This document shows, piece by piece, positions 23,846 through 57,445 of a stretch of DNA of 64,000 nucleotides; the stretch's first letter is position 1; every line of letters begins with the position of its first letter. A program made the position numbers and the translations under genes. Source of the DNA: Lingula anatina (lineage: Eukaryota > Animalia > Brachiopoda); assembly GCA_051362555.1 (NCBI GenBank), contig CM120640.1:25158225-25222224 (forward strand), in the 5' to 3' direction. The notes beneath the pieces are model-generated. The model did no database searches, was not told the DNA's origin, and saw only the letters and a list, made by a program, of their open reading frames with translations.

Positions 23846-26541
23846 GTTTGATTATACATTTAGTTTTGCGGGGAATAAAGAAGCGTCTTTTCCCTTTTTT
23901 CACGAAAATGAAATTTACCTGTCTGGTGCCCTTCTGTCTTTATTATAAAATTTCATATTGCAAGTTATTTGCGTTGAGTCCGAACAATAAAATGGGTAAT
24001 AAACGGAGTATTTTTGTTGTTATCGTCAAGGCTAAATAAAAGATTAAAGCATCCCTGGCTCCTTTGCTGAATCAAATTTATAATTCAATCAGAAGTGAAA
24101 AACGTGGTAGTGTCTCGGCGGTTTCCTGCTTCTTTCACAGTTCTTTCAGCCCTCTGCTTACAGCAACACCTTGCATTCTCGTATACGGTGTATAATATTT
24201 ATAGAGCTATCTCTGCACTGGTATACTAATTTTCTTTTGTGGATGCTTTTACTGACAATCACATCTGCAACTTGAATATTTTTTCCACTCTCATCGACCA
24301 AGAATTCTTGACTACAGAAATGCTGTCACTGCCATACATTAAGCCTTATTTGTTCCCTTCACATGTTTGTGTTTACATGTAGGCCTACAGTGAAAAATTA
24401 TGCTGGACCGTGAAGACAACAACTGTGAGATTAACTATCTGATAGCACGGAATATTCATTCCTGTAGTCGCACACGTGCACTGTGCATAGTAGGCTTATT
24501 CCAGAAGTAATTTAAAGTACATCTACATTGCACGAGCATTTTTCACCATTTAGTTGATTTTTGAATTCATTCAAAATTTTCAACCGCAATAATGCAAGTA
24601 CATGGTCGGTCTTGAAATTTTTGGCAATTTTCAATAGTATACACATCTGAGCGTGACCTACCTGTTTGGACAATGTCCAAATTTTTGTGGGATGCGTGTT
24701 CTCGTATAATGCTCAATTTACAGATAGGGCTTTATGTACATGTAAGATCTTACGAAATATTAGTAGTACACTAGAGACCTAATACTAAATGAAGCCTACA
24801 TGTAGTGAATTGCAAATTTGACAAGTATTTTTTGGGGAAATTATTTGTTAGTATATTTAAATATTCTTAGACCAAGGTCTTCGTCATAAAACAAAATGTT
24901 ATTTATTTATTTATCTATTTATTTATTAAAATTACCAACTTTAAAAGGTGAATGTTTTTTTTAAAGACGAATGAAATAAATAAAATAGGATGGAATAAAA
25001 TGAAATGGGCCAACATAAAATTACGTAGCGTATTAGAGAAAATTTAAAAGCTTTTAAAAGTAGTCCCACAAGCATATTTTCCTCAGATCGTCTGATCTGA
25101 TATCTAGGATCATCGACTAAAAGTTTCATTGTGTCTCTAATCCACATGGTGCCTGTGAGCCTTGGCTAGCATACCGTAGTAGGCCTATATTGTATTAAAC
25201 ATAAAATCGGATTTATACCATAGGAACTGAGCCTTTAGAGCAAGGTCCATTTGTGAACACCACACATTGATCATTTAAATCTTACGATACGGTGAGCCTC
25301 AATCCCTCATAGCCCTACCGAACATTTTGATTTAATGATAATACAACTACACTGTAGTTTTGGTGAATATCTAAAGCTTTTAGATCTGATGTAGGCCCTA
25401 TGAGGTCTGAGGGACTATAGGCCTACCAAACCTCAAACTTCGTAGGCCTATGTAGGCCCTACATGGTGTGAAATGAGGGGATTGATCTGGTTGTTTTAAA
25501 ACAATGAAACCATTTCAAGGCGCTTACCAGACGTAGCCATACCATTAACCTGGAAAATTCTTCGTGGTACCCTAAACTGCCATACCATAAGATCGTTTTT
25601 CATTATTTTGATATTTATGCGTGCCACCTCCCCCCCCCCCCCCCCCTCCATATCACTGCGGAATGTAATGAAAAGCTTGGTTCATTTTCATTTCTGTGAT
25701 GTGCCCAGATCATGATATAGCAATCGACATCGGAATCAATACAAGCTCTGGGGTACAGTATTAATGCCACGAAATATCATATCAGGCTTGTTTCTTTTCG
25801 CTTAAATAACTGCTCCCGACCTAATTAGATGCTTTTGACCAATGAGATTGCTCCTGTGGTTGTGATGGTTTAAGTAGGTCACACAAGCATGAAAAGAAGC
25901 AAATAGACCTAGTCAGAAGTTAGTCAGTGCTTTTCACTTTCAGTAAGTAATGTTGTTATTTTGTTATCTATATTTGCATGTTTGATATATGTCAAATTAG
26001 AGTTTGAATAGTTATGGCTACCAAAATTTAACATATGCATGGTGAATAGTGTGAAAAAGAATCGTCGCGATTTAGTTTTATTTTAAATAGCAGGGCAAAG
26101 TCCAATGTCAAAGACTACATATGTCAAGTCAACAAGTGCCTTTTTCAGTATTCACGCAGTGTTTGCCTTCAGTTTGAAAACATTTGCAAGCAGTTGCTTA
26201 AAGCCAGTAAGTTTTAGTTTTCAATGGTAGAGGTCGATTCTCGTCATTTATAGTGTTTTGTTCACTGGTGAGATTTAGATGAATTTATAATAATTGTAGT
26301 ATCTTACACGCTTTCAGTCTTGTGAGTCTACACAGTAGACTGTTTACTGAACTGAATCGATACGGGTATTTGGCAACTTGCCAGTTAAACTTGAGTGTAT
26401 TCACTTTCGCAAAATGGCAGAAAATGACATAGACCCGTGATAATATTCTTTGTTCATAATTTTCTATAATCTTTAAAGATGTTTAAGTTATTTTAGTAGC
26501 TGATTTCAGTCTTAATTGTGGTAAAATATATTTGCGGTAGC

Positions 26542-27192
26542 GGGGACAGCGCGCTGTGCCGAAGGTTCGCTGTGCCGAGGGTTCACTGTGCCGACAAAAC
26601 CGGAAAATTGGTCTAAAATTGGCTAAGTTTTTCCGGAGCCCCAAAATCAAAGGTTCGCTATGCCGATGGTTCGCTGTGCCGAGGGTTCGCTGCGCCGAAA
26701 AAGGCTACCCATCACCCATTGTGCTTGTTATGTAACGTGGCGAGCAGTGGCCTTTCTTGAAAATAAACGAGTTTTAAAAGTTCTCTTCTTCCATCCGTAC
26801 CATTTGAATTTGTTAAAACTGCGCATTGAAGGTTTATCCTTATGGACATAAACATCTTAAATCGCTTTAAATAATCAGTTCTGTAAGTTAATTTATTAAT
26901 TATTTTTGGCACTATGGGCGTCACCCACATTTAGAAAATTACTGACAAGAAAACATTCTCTAATTATTTTTGGCGAACTTGTTGTAGTTATTGGGTGTGT
27001 GTAAAATTAACATCTTTTTAAAAACAATCGGCATAGCGAACCCTCGGTATAGCGAACCTTCGGCTCAGCGAACCCTCGGCATAACGAACCTTCGGCATAG
27101 CGAACCCTCGGCACAGCGAACCTTCGGCATAGCGAACCCTCGGCACAGCGAACCTTCGGCATAGCGAACCTTCGGCATAGCGAAGCGCACCC
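26542..27192. mobile_element. Non-autonomous foldback-type DNA element with inverted subterminal 16-bp tandem arrays
   Basis: Unit gcgaacc(c/t)tcggca(t/c)a, about 9-10 copies at 27030-27185, with inverted copies at 26552-26594 and 26650-26699. GGG...CCC termini, flanked by the direct repeat GCGGTAGC at 26534-26541 and 27193-27200. Confidence 0.75.
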
Positions 27193-27237
27193 GCGGTAGC
27201 TTCGATCCTCTTAAACACACACACATGCATGTATTTA

Positions 27238-27239
<2 letters not shown>

Positions 27240-27268
<29 letters not shown>

Positions 27269-27271
27269 TAT

Positions 27272-27313
<42 letters not shown>
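27240..27313. repeat. (CA)n microsatellite, interrupted
   Basis: Two CA runs separated by TTATCATA. Confidence 0.95.
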
Positions 27314-27316
<3 letters not shown>

Positions 27317-28503
27317 TTTACTTTACACATAAAAATGTTCAGGTCCTGGCCCAAAGACGTGAGTGCATCTAAACAGTTGGGAGAGCCAAGTGGGTTGGAA
27401 TGTTCTTTGTTTGCCCAGAGGTTCAAAGGTCTGAAGGTACTAATATGGAACAAAAACAGTTTCCACTGACTGTGCTGTTTTAACAGAATTTCTTGTAAGT
27501 TATTTATGTACCAATTATGAACCTCCGGAAAGTAAAAAACCTGCAGAAGCCGAGGACAGGCTGCAGCCTTTAAAACAGCTGCTAGAACACACCTGTAACT
27601 CCTTTTCAAGTTATGTGCAGAGGCAGTTATGCTATGGGAATTCGTGATATATCAAATATAAAGTGGGTGATTTAAGCTTGAGTTTCACTGTGGAGTACTG
27701 TCCTCTGAAATACTGGATCTGTCTGTGGAAGGAATTTAGAACTACTACCATCCATTATGCATGCCACCTGCTGTGAATGCAAAGTAACTAAGAGATACTT
27801 CTGGTCTTTGGCCCTTGCCTCTGACTGAGCTCAGCTTGCCTCATCAGTAATGATTGTTTTATGTCATATGAGATTTGTTTTGGATTATATCTTCGTGTTT
27901 TACTTTCTAGGTGCTTGTGCCAGGCCATGTAGAAACATGGCAGGTGACCAATGGCTGTCAACTTCAAAGCCATGAGACTAAAAAAGGTAATTTAATGCAG
28001 GACACAGCATGTTAGCTTTTTGTTCCTCTCATTATTCTCTCTATAAAATAGTAATATCCCACCCTCTTAAGGCTCAAGATAATAAGATAATAAGATAATA
28101 AGAAAATATAAATTGATATGGCTTGCTATTATAATCACTCTTCAGTTGAAAATCTTTTTAAAATTATTGATGAGAACTGTAAACATGTTGCACAAAACAA
28201 GCTATTTGATGTACTCATAATATCATTTCAGAGATGCAAGTTTACCGAGATTGCACACAAGATGTTGTCACCAGTTTGTGCCATGATGTTGCTTCTCTGT
28301 GCAGAATACTTAGAACAAGCTTATATGAAGAGTTTCTGAATGAGGAGTTGAAATACTTATGTAGTGCTGCTTCAGTTGACTCTAAACTTGTACTGTTATG
28401 GTGATGACCAAGTGAACCAACTGTGACATGAAATGATACAATCACCAACAAAATTGGTATCAGAATATGTCCTTCAGAAAACAGTTCCAGTCTAACAATC
28501 ACC

Positions 28504-29613
28504 ATGGTGACCCCACCTCAATCCCCTAAATTGACTGTAAATCGATACATTTCCGGAAAATGGTGCACAAATGTATGCTTTCTATTAGGGATACTAGCCT
28601 TGTTGATAATTGCCCTAATTGTTGTCCAAAGTAAGTCAGTTACACCTTATGATGAAGCAGAAAGAAGTACAGATAGAGTTGAGGACAGTTTTAGTATGTC
28701 GAACACTGATGTTGTTGCTTTGAACAGAGGTGGTATTCCCGACACTAAGTCTAAGTGGAGTTGGTCTGCGTTGGGTGGTTTGAAACAGGAAACCATCAAA
28801 TGTCGGAAAGACGCCTTTCTACTTATACTGATTACATCCTCTCCTGAAAATTTTGTGAAACGACAAGGTATTAGAAAATCTTATTGCAGTAAAAAGCAAA
28901 CAGAAGCTATTGGCGGAGTGACTTGCAACTGGCAGTGTGTTTTTCTCATTGGCAAGACAGACAAATACACCATAAATAAAAATTTGAAGAAAGAAAGTGC
29001 AATCAGCAGAGACCTACTGTTTGGGAACTACCTTGACAGTTATAGGAATTTAACTCTTAAAGTTCTTCATGGACTTCGTTGGAGCTCTGAGGAATGCCAT
29101 GCAAAATATATCTTAAAGACAGATGATGATTGTTTTATCAATACTCCCATTTTATCCCAGTTTCTGCTTTATGAGAATACTCTAACTAAGGGTCTGTATG
29201 CCGGACATGTGTTTGTGGAACAACAACATCGTGAAGTTGTGAGAGGAAATCCGAAATTCAACAAATGGGCAGTGTCAGATCAAGATTTCAAGGAACAATA
29301 TTACCCAGAATATGTCAGTGGAACTGGATATGTGCTCTCCTGTGATGTTGTGGAGGATATTCTTTCCCTTGTGCCAAAAGTCCCACCTTTTGTGAATGAG
29401 GATGCTTACATCGGTACCCTTGTACACAAGCTTGGGATTTCCCCAGTAAAAAGTGGGAGATTTTCACTGCAGAACAAATGGAAAACTTGTAACTTTCTCT
29501 ATTTTTTCAGCATTCATGGGGTAGGCATTGAGACTCAAGCAGAAATGTTGGGACAAGTTGCCAGGGCCAGGAAAACTTGCCATTCTGGGGAAGAAGTAAA
29601 GTCTTGGAGATAA
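28504..29613 (+). CDS. Beta-1,3-galactosyl/GlcNAc-transferase, GT31 (Galactosyl_T) family, 369 aa, single coding exon
   Basis: Type II membrane anchor (VCFLLGILALLIIALIVV), motif I LLILITSSPENFVKRQGIRKSY, DSYRNLTLKV, DxD motif YILKTDDDCFIN, YPEYVSGTGYVLS and EDAYIG. Confidence 0.93.
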   Translation: MVTPPQSPKLTVNRYISGKWCTNVCFLLGILALLIIALIVVQSKSVTPYDEAERSTDRVEDSFSMSNTDVVALNRGGIPDTKSKWSWSALGGLKQETIKCRKDAFLLILITSSPENFVKRQGIRKSYCSKKQTEAIGGVTCNWQCVFLIGKTDKYTINKNLKKESAISRDLLFGNYLDSYRNLTLKVLHGLRWSSEECHAKYILKTDDDCFINTPILSQFLLYENTLTKGLYAGHVFVEQQHREVVRGNPKFNKWAVSDQDFKEQYYPEYVSGTGYVLSCDVVEDILSLVPKVPPFVNEDAYIGTLVHKLGISPVKSGRFSLQNKWKTCNFLYFFSIHGVGIETQAEMLGQVARARKTCHSGEEVKSWR

Positions 29614-32600
29614 AAGCATATCTTTATCAGAAGTCATTCTGATATGTCAGATGTAATTTAGGAGATATTATTAGGCGAGGAAGGCTGTACAAAGGACCTT
29701 CAACCTTGAAAAATCTTAAGTAATACGCAATTATTATATGCTCTGGACGTACTGTTTTTGTCTTTTCATAACAGTACATTGAAGTTTGTTTAAAATTAGA
29801 GAAGTAATATGCAAGTTAAAGATTTTATTTAACTGCAGTTTCTTGAAAAAATTCTACAGGTGTGTATTTTATCTCTTGACACTCATTCATTAGACTTTGA
29901 CAATTATATGGTCAAACCTTTTTGGAATTCTTTTTTTCATGATAAAACATTTACATTTTGATATGCCATTACAGATTCTACAAACTTCATTAAATCATCA
30001 TCATATGTGTAGACACTATCAAACGAGGAGATGCTGACCAAATATACAATCCACAGTGCCTTAACAATGCAATTCTCATCAGTTAACTTTTAGTCAGTCT
30101 TCCCATTTTAGATTATTTTTATATGAGAATTAGATATAATTAAATGTTGCTAGAGAGATGGGCATATTTTTATACTATTCAAAAGATTTAATGTAGTTAA
30201 GTATTTCTATTGATATAGATAGGGTCCAGTTTCCCTGATTTTTATAATCCGAATTACAAAGCACTAGTACATTTATTGTGAGGGTGGAGGTTTGTTCCAC
30301 TATTCAACTTCAGCTGAAATGGTGCTGAAAATGTCTTTATGGCAGTTTATTTGTATTTTACATTTTTCATAACAGAAATTGGACCAGCTAGTTATTTCTA
30401 AAGATGATTATGTGTGAGCTGTATATGTAACTTACAGGCAAAGTTTTATATCATCATTAAGTGTTCAATTAAAAAGACAACTTACAAACAGCTTGCTCTT
30501 AGGTTTTAAAGGGGAAGTTTGCACACAATCCTTCTAGGCATTTGGTGGTGATCATGATATTAATTCCTGAGCCAATTTTTGTGTAACAATTTGTATATAC
30601 CTGTATCTATATTTTTATCACATGTAACACCAATTGGTGTTTTTTACAATCAAAATCCTTAATCAATACAGTATTAAGTAAGCAATGCAACACAAAATTG
30701 ATATGCAGTACATTCTTAGGTTAAGGAAACATGACTTGATGTTTAAATAACTGCATGTTTGTGCAAAAAAGTGATGACAAACTAATTTTTAGTTGGAGTA
30801 ACAGTTCCTCTTTGTTAGCAGTACTAGAGGCACTTTTAAGATGGTTGAACCAGTAAAATGTGGCATTGATTGGGAAGTGTTTATAAGTTGATCGTGCCAG
30901 TTTCAAAAGAAAACTAGTATAAGTTTCAGTAAATTGGACTAGAGGATTTAAATGAGCGATTGGGCATAAAACCTTCAGTTTATAATATGACAAAATTAAA
31001 TGCAAATGTAATATGCAGCTATAGAGGTAAAAATGTTATTCATATCATTGACAATATACTGAATCTGTGGTATCAAATATAAATTTACACATCAAATGAG
31101 TCTTGTGTCCATCTGGTATATATGAATATTTATTTATTGCTTGAAAAAATTTCAATATTTATAACATGTATTAAGGAAGTAACTATAATAAGAATAATAA
31201 CTGATAAATGCACTTCCAACATCTCAATGACCCATTTACATTGCTGAAATAACATATTTGTCTTCCTTTAATTCACCTTGACCTTTGCAAGATTTTCTAT
31301 GCCAAAAATACTTTTCATAACATAACAAATCACAGCATTCAAGATGGTATCTTCAACATATACCTGTATTTCAGATTTATCTGGGCCAAAAATAATGAAC
31401 GCCACAGATCTGCTGCATGTTTAATGAGACAAAATTGTGGCTTCAAAAAACAGAAAAATTGATATTTAAATGGTGCAATTACATGTTATACCTTAGACGC
31501 TTCAAACAAATTAACCAGAATTTTATTTTCCGACCATCAAGTGACAAAACAGATGCTCAATGCTAACAATATGAAAGATGCACAGACCATAATTGATAGT
31601 TCAACAGAAGTGACTAGTGACTAGATAAGCTTTATCCTTTTAAATAATTCCCTCTACTTGTCTACAAAATAACACAAAAGGTTTATAAAATGTGACAAGG
31701 TGAGAAAAAAGGTTCTTCAAGAGAAAAACATTTGTATGCAGTGTATTTTTTTTCAAAGTAAACTAGAAATTAGACAAGTTAAAAAGTCTTTAAATAAATT
31801 TCATGATTATGACTAGAGTTTAATTAATGTACAAATGTTTTGGTGTATAATATGAAGTTGCATGTGCACTGTGATAAATAATATATGTAATTAAATAAAG
31901 ATTACATGAAAACTGCAGGGAATACATAAGAGAGTGAGACATACAAACAAATATCCATTATGCCAGACCCTAAACTCTTTAAATTTCAATAAATGGCCAT
32001 TTGTCTGAAAGTAGCACAAAGAATACTTACAAATAATCATAAAGTTGTCTTAATGGGCATTAAAAGTGGAGCATTATCTTTTATTGCTTCACTTTATTGG
32101 CATTTTTTTTTTACACAAAGAAAATAGGCTATGCAACAGTTACAGATTAATGAATACAATAAATGATAATAGAAATAAAATGGTCTTTGGCAATTAACAA
32201 TATTCATTATAACAATTTGCATGAAATTGAGCAAATGCGAATATTTTACAAAACATCAATTTGGACTGAGAGATAGTTACTGTGGATTTCATAAAACACT
32301 TCATGAAACTAGGCTACCCTCGCAAAGGTTTGAAAATAAAAGAGATTGCTTCAAGTTCAATCTCCTAGTTCTTAAACTCAATTTCCCTTTGTGTATAACT
32401 TCATTCTTAACTTATAGCTGTTTTCTAAACTGTTTTACCAGTTTAGAAGACAACATGGTAGTAGGCAGCTGAAAAGATGAGCATGGTTTGACCTTGCTTT
32501 TTTTATTGCTTTCACAGTAAAACTGTAATGTCTAAACTCTGTATCTACCTGTATATGTATATATAGTATGAGTACTTTCTTTTATTGCCTGAATGCACTT

Positions 32601-33721
32601 TTTGTTTTTTTTTTTTTTTTTTGGGGGGGGGTTGTTTTGGGCATCACAACCTAATCTCTCAACATACAAATATCATAATACAACAAATTAAGTTCTTGGA
32701 TAATACACAAATAAAATAAAATGCATTATTAACATAATGTCAGACATGCTACTTTGATTAGCTACCCATATTAACAGTGTTGACATCGAAGTAGCAAAAT
32801 TGGATAAATTTCTGAAGAATGTTTGAAAAGAGTGCACAAATCTTTTCAAAACATTTTTCCTGTTTTTACCTAATTAATGGAGAGAAAACTGCATAGAGTT
32901 GAACATATTTGCTTTTTCCATTCATCCAACCACCCATCCATACTTTCATCCATTCACTCGCCTATTAGACAAAACACTGACATGTAAAATATCAGACTTT
33001 TATAAACCATTAAGTCTCGACCATACTGCAGTGCTAAAGTACTGTATACTTCTACGACACACAGTAAACTCATATAACATTGCAATCTGTGAGCCCCAAC
33101 AGAATGATACATTCTTCAGAAATAAATCCCACCAAATAATGCAAAACATGCATTATGCAATGTCTACATGATAACTACAGCTAAGTTATTCATATTTCAT
33201 AAGAAAAAAAGCTGTGCAGTTGGCATTTTCCATTTCAAAGTTTGAAATATAAATGGATATTATGCATCTAAGACTCACTTTTTGCCACAACTGAATATAC
33301 CCACTAACTCGCTTGATTAACTTATTTTCAAATTGTAATTTACAGCTCAAAACTTAACCATCTGTTCATTCTTCATGATTATTAACAATTCCAGTATTAT
33401 AATAATCAAATATATTTATCTGTACAAAATCAGAACGTCTCTTTCACAATTCAGACAAGCATCACAGTTAAAGTGTATAAAACAACTTGCAATATTACTT
33501 ATTTTCCATAAAAGAACAGCTGAATAAGATTCATTATTTATGTAACTGTCATTGATCCAACACTTCTACACTTATAATACCTGTATTCAAAATTAGTGTA
33601 GTAAGGCAAAGAATAAGTTTCACTAAATCAGCTCTCCTTGTTTTCTTTTAAGCTCTTCCCCATTCATATAGTGTCATTCATAAAATAATAATTTGACCCT
33701 TTGGAGTATGTATTTTTTTCT

Positions 33722-53450
<19,729 letters not shown>

Positions 53451-56400
53451 CCTAAACTGGTGCCTGCAATGAAAAATTCAATCATTATATCAGGGGATCC
53501 ACTCTGCTTTGTTCAAGTATCTTCTATGATTACATTAACTGACTGTCAGAACAAATAGAAAATGACCTCTGCCCAGGACACAATTTGATAAAGATGACAG
53601 CAATAAAAAACATGCCAAGTACACATGATACCACACTTAACTTACAGAGAGATTAATGCAGAATTCAACCAAATATCAATCTGTGGAAATGATAATTTCT
53701 GAGATTATGCATTAAAAATATCTATTTAAAGCTAACGCCAATTATTATTTCATACTAGAACACATAATATCCGTATACTAAATCATCATTCAGAGTGAAC
53801 AAAAAAAAAATTCACCATTCATAATGCTGGCTTTGAACTAACCTTTTGTTTTAATGACAATTACGATAAAACATAAATGACCCTGACAGCAATAATTAAC
53901 TTACTGCACTCAAACTGATTAGAAACACTTCAGTAATTATTTAGCCAATCAATACTTCATCGACAGAGTGATCTTCATTTCTACATGATTAAGTACCTAA
54001 ATCATTAGGTATTAATAAACAACATTGAACTTTGTGTAAATAAACTAGCAAGGAATCAATCTGGAATGCCTTTCTTCAGCACAACCATGAATAATTCACC
54101 CAGCATCCCAATTTTCAATTATGTAAAAATCTGAGAGCATCACTTCACTCCTGCAGCCATTTTACATTTGTGATAACTTTATTCCAATTAGTGAAGTCAC
54201 TGACATTTTTTTTTCATTTAGACATTTAGCTAAAGTGGCATCCTTCTGATTTTTTATGCATTAACTCAAACTACCAATTGATTACATGTCTGTGATCCTT
54301 GAAGTTAACTGGCTTTAAAGGTCATTTAATCTGAAGTCAGACAACATGTGATTCAAATTCAAAACTGGCATGCAAATTTTGTATATATATTCCACATCAA
54401 CATACTTTCCCAAGTCAATTGTAAGAAATTTAAAAATACATTAATTATGAGTTGATTAGAGATCCCATATTCATCCACAAAGAGGCAGAACACGTACATC
54501 TTCAGCGAGGCAATCTACACTATAAAGTATTCAATAAAATCTCAAAAAGACATTAAATACTCATACATGTACCTTGAAAGGAGCACACTCAAAAAAGAAC
54601 GGAGTGTTCTCCTCCTACTGTGTGCCTATACTTGCTTCTTCAAAAAGCACACAAACTACACATCAATCCTATCTCTAACTCAGTCCTCTAGCTTCTGTTC
54701 ACCAACTTCACAGTATGTTCAAAGACTGCGATATTCAAGGAAAACACTATCAAAGGCTGAAATGGTTCCACTTCCCTTACAACCAATGAGAGGTCCATAA
54801 ATAATGCCCTAAGTTATCTGCCTTCTCTTCCTTTTCATAAATCATAGTACCTGGTGCTCATAGGTGAGGCACATCCAAATAGCTTCCCTGAAACCACTTT
54901 CCCCCAGACAGCTTCACAGATGTTTCTTCTTTGATTTACTAAGCTGTGTGTCCTCGGGTCTCCTCTACCTGTCTCTCTTCTTTCTACTTAGAACTCAGCC
55001 TGCAAGCCCATTATCATTTCTATTCCCAGAACCAATGGTAAAGGGAGGCACGTGGGTACAATTTCATATCCTATGCACCTTTACTTCAACAACAACCATA
55101 GCTGAGGTCGATACCTGGAATATTCCCCTAGCTTCCGAAAAATATTAAAAATTCATACACAGGGCCTTGACATTCATATAGCAGTGCCCTGCAACCTGGC
55201 TCCTAAGCCAAGGAGCACCTTCACAGAGATTCTGACTGGTAGATTTCCAATGGGCCAACAGGTATGGATTATCCTTAATCTCTAGGAACAAGTTTAAAAA
55301 CACTACCTGCTGATGTATTATTCATCACCCTGTACACAGCAAACATGCAATTTTCAGTTTGCTTCAGATACCCTGAGCTATATCATTTTACTCACTACAG
55401 TGCTCAATAACACACTCAAAAATTTAAACTTTCATCTATGTATTTCCACAAGAGCCAGGCTCAAGCATAAAAATGACTTGTCAGTTCATGGGTTTAACAT
55501 AAAAAAAACAGCTATGATTGAGCACTTTTATATGTGATATTATGCTACAAGCCAGGATTTTCTATTTTTTATCTATTTATTTATTTATTACAATATGCAT
55601 GGTATCATTCTCCATTGCAATGGGATTCGATGGAAAGTGAGTTGAATATCTGTCTTGCACCAATCGAGAAGTACACACCCTATATCAAATTATTCCCAAT
55701 TTGAAACATACAAAACAAATCTGAAGAAATAAAACATACATGTACCTGAAGTTTTTTCATTACATTGTCTTTGTTTACTCAAGCACCCTAAATGCCTTCA
55801 CAATATGTATTCATGAACGATGGCACATACCAACCCTAAATATGATAACATACAATGCCCCTATTATAAAACAATTTTTCTTTCAACATATACACAGAAA
55901 AAAAGCCAAGTATCACATTCCAAAAACTCCACTTGTGCCCACACAACCCTTCATTCAGCATGGTCTAAAAATATATTTTAAACAGAAAAGAAAATAGACT
56001 TTTACATTCATTTAAATTCCTTTCACCTCTTTAGCTCCCCATACAACTGGTTGTTAGTATAGTGATCCTCTGCATTTACATGTACCCAGAGACATCAACA
56101 AGGAAGTATGTGCATAATTTAAAACATATTTATGTCTCCTTCTCTCTTTCAAAATATCTCAAAAAGTTTGTATTCATGCTATTGAAATACTGTAAGGGAG
56201 AGTGAGATAAAAGTACATTTAAAATCATACACATGCTTCCTTGTTAATGTCTTTGGAAAGTTTGGATACATGTTTATGCACTTCAAAATAAAACATGTGA
56301 CTACTAGTAATATTTTGATCTTAACCCAGGTTCCCTTATCTATTTGATTTCTCACATACATCTTCAATTATCATCACAGGATCATCCAGGATTAGATGTA

Positions 56401-57445
56401 ATGTGCTAAATAAAAAGCTACTTCCACTTCCATTTACCAGTAACTAAGTGATTAATATAACTAGTAATTCAATCTAATTAAACCAAAAAATCAATGACTG
56501 ACAGTAACATGAATAACAGTGGTCCTATCAATTTGACTGAAAACAATGCACATTGGCAAAACCAACAAAATGCTTTTATTACCTTGTATTATATCATGTA
56601 TGCATCTGACCATCAAAATCTATTTCCAACAACTTTCAAAGAGTGACCCAGATATTTGTCTTTGGCTATCAACCTAATTTGGGCTATTAAATTGCAATCA
56701 CTACAACTCCTAACCCCCAAATTTGTCAACTGGTTATTCCTCATTATTACAAATGTCATTTTAACACTCTCTGCTTGTGGTTAATTATTCAATAAACTAC
56801 TGAGTACCTCAAAAGTAAGGTGTTAACATATACACAAATAAGGAATTAAGTTTTTACGTGACAATTGTAGCATGTCTACGGATTATGTGCTGTCACTGTG
56901 ATATATCACTAACATCATGTAAATGTCAACAGCAGCTAAACTGAAGTCTGCTTTGTGATGGTAAAAAAACATATTGTTCAATATAGCGACAATCATTTAC
57001 TATTTCACAGTAGAGATTTATCATCTTATTAGAACTTTAAGATAGTTGAATTCATCTCTAATAGTTCAAATGCAATAACTATACTCTCGTCTGTTTAATG
57101 TATCTACTGTCTATGTCCATTTACCATTATTAAAGTGATGAAAATATCAGAAATTTTGAAAAATCCAGTTACATTGTATATGCATCTTTATTTATTATTT
57201 TGCTAATTCTTAACATTCATTCATTCAGTTAAACATTTCTAATTGACAGGGCATCTAGACTATGTAAAGCATCAGTTAACCTTGGTAACATAGACTTATG
57301 GTACAAGATGAAATGTTACATTAGGTCTGATGTTGCAAATGGCATTGTTGACTTGCTAGAAACTTCATCATAACATCGACAGTCTCCAATTAAGTGAAGT
57401 AAATACTGCGTAAGGCAGAAGACAGAAGTCAAACAGTCAACTCAC

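Noticed and set aside
27030-27185. Regular short repeat array that superficially resembles a CRISPR array
   Set aside because: The units are contiguous 16-mers with no unique spacers, the context is eukaryotic with no cas genes, and the array is explained as transposon subterminal repeats.
26660-27609. ORFs such as MCVCVCV... and RYAEGSLCRR repeats
   Set aside because: They are translations of the (CA)n microsatellite and the 16-bp arrays.
54560-55300. GC-richer patch with short ORFs in the TESK 5' intron
   Set aside because: Possibly a retroelement remnant, but no RT, endonuclease or ORF1 motif could be recognised.
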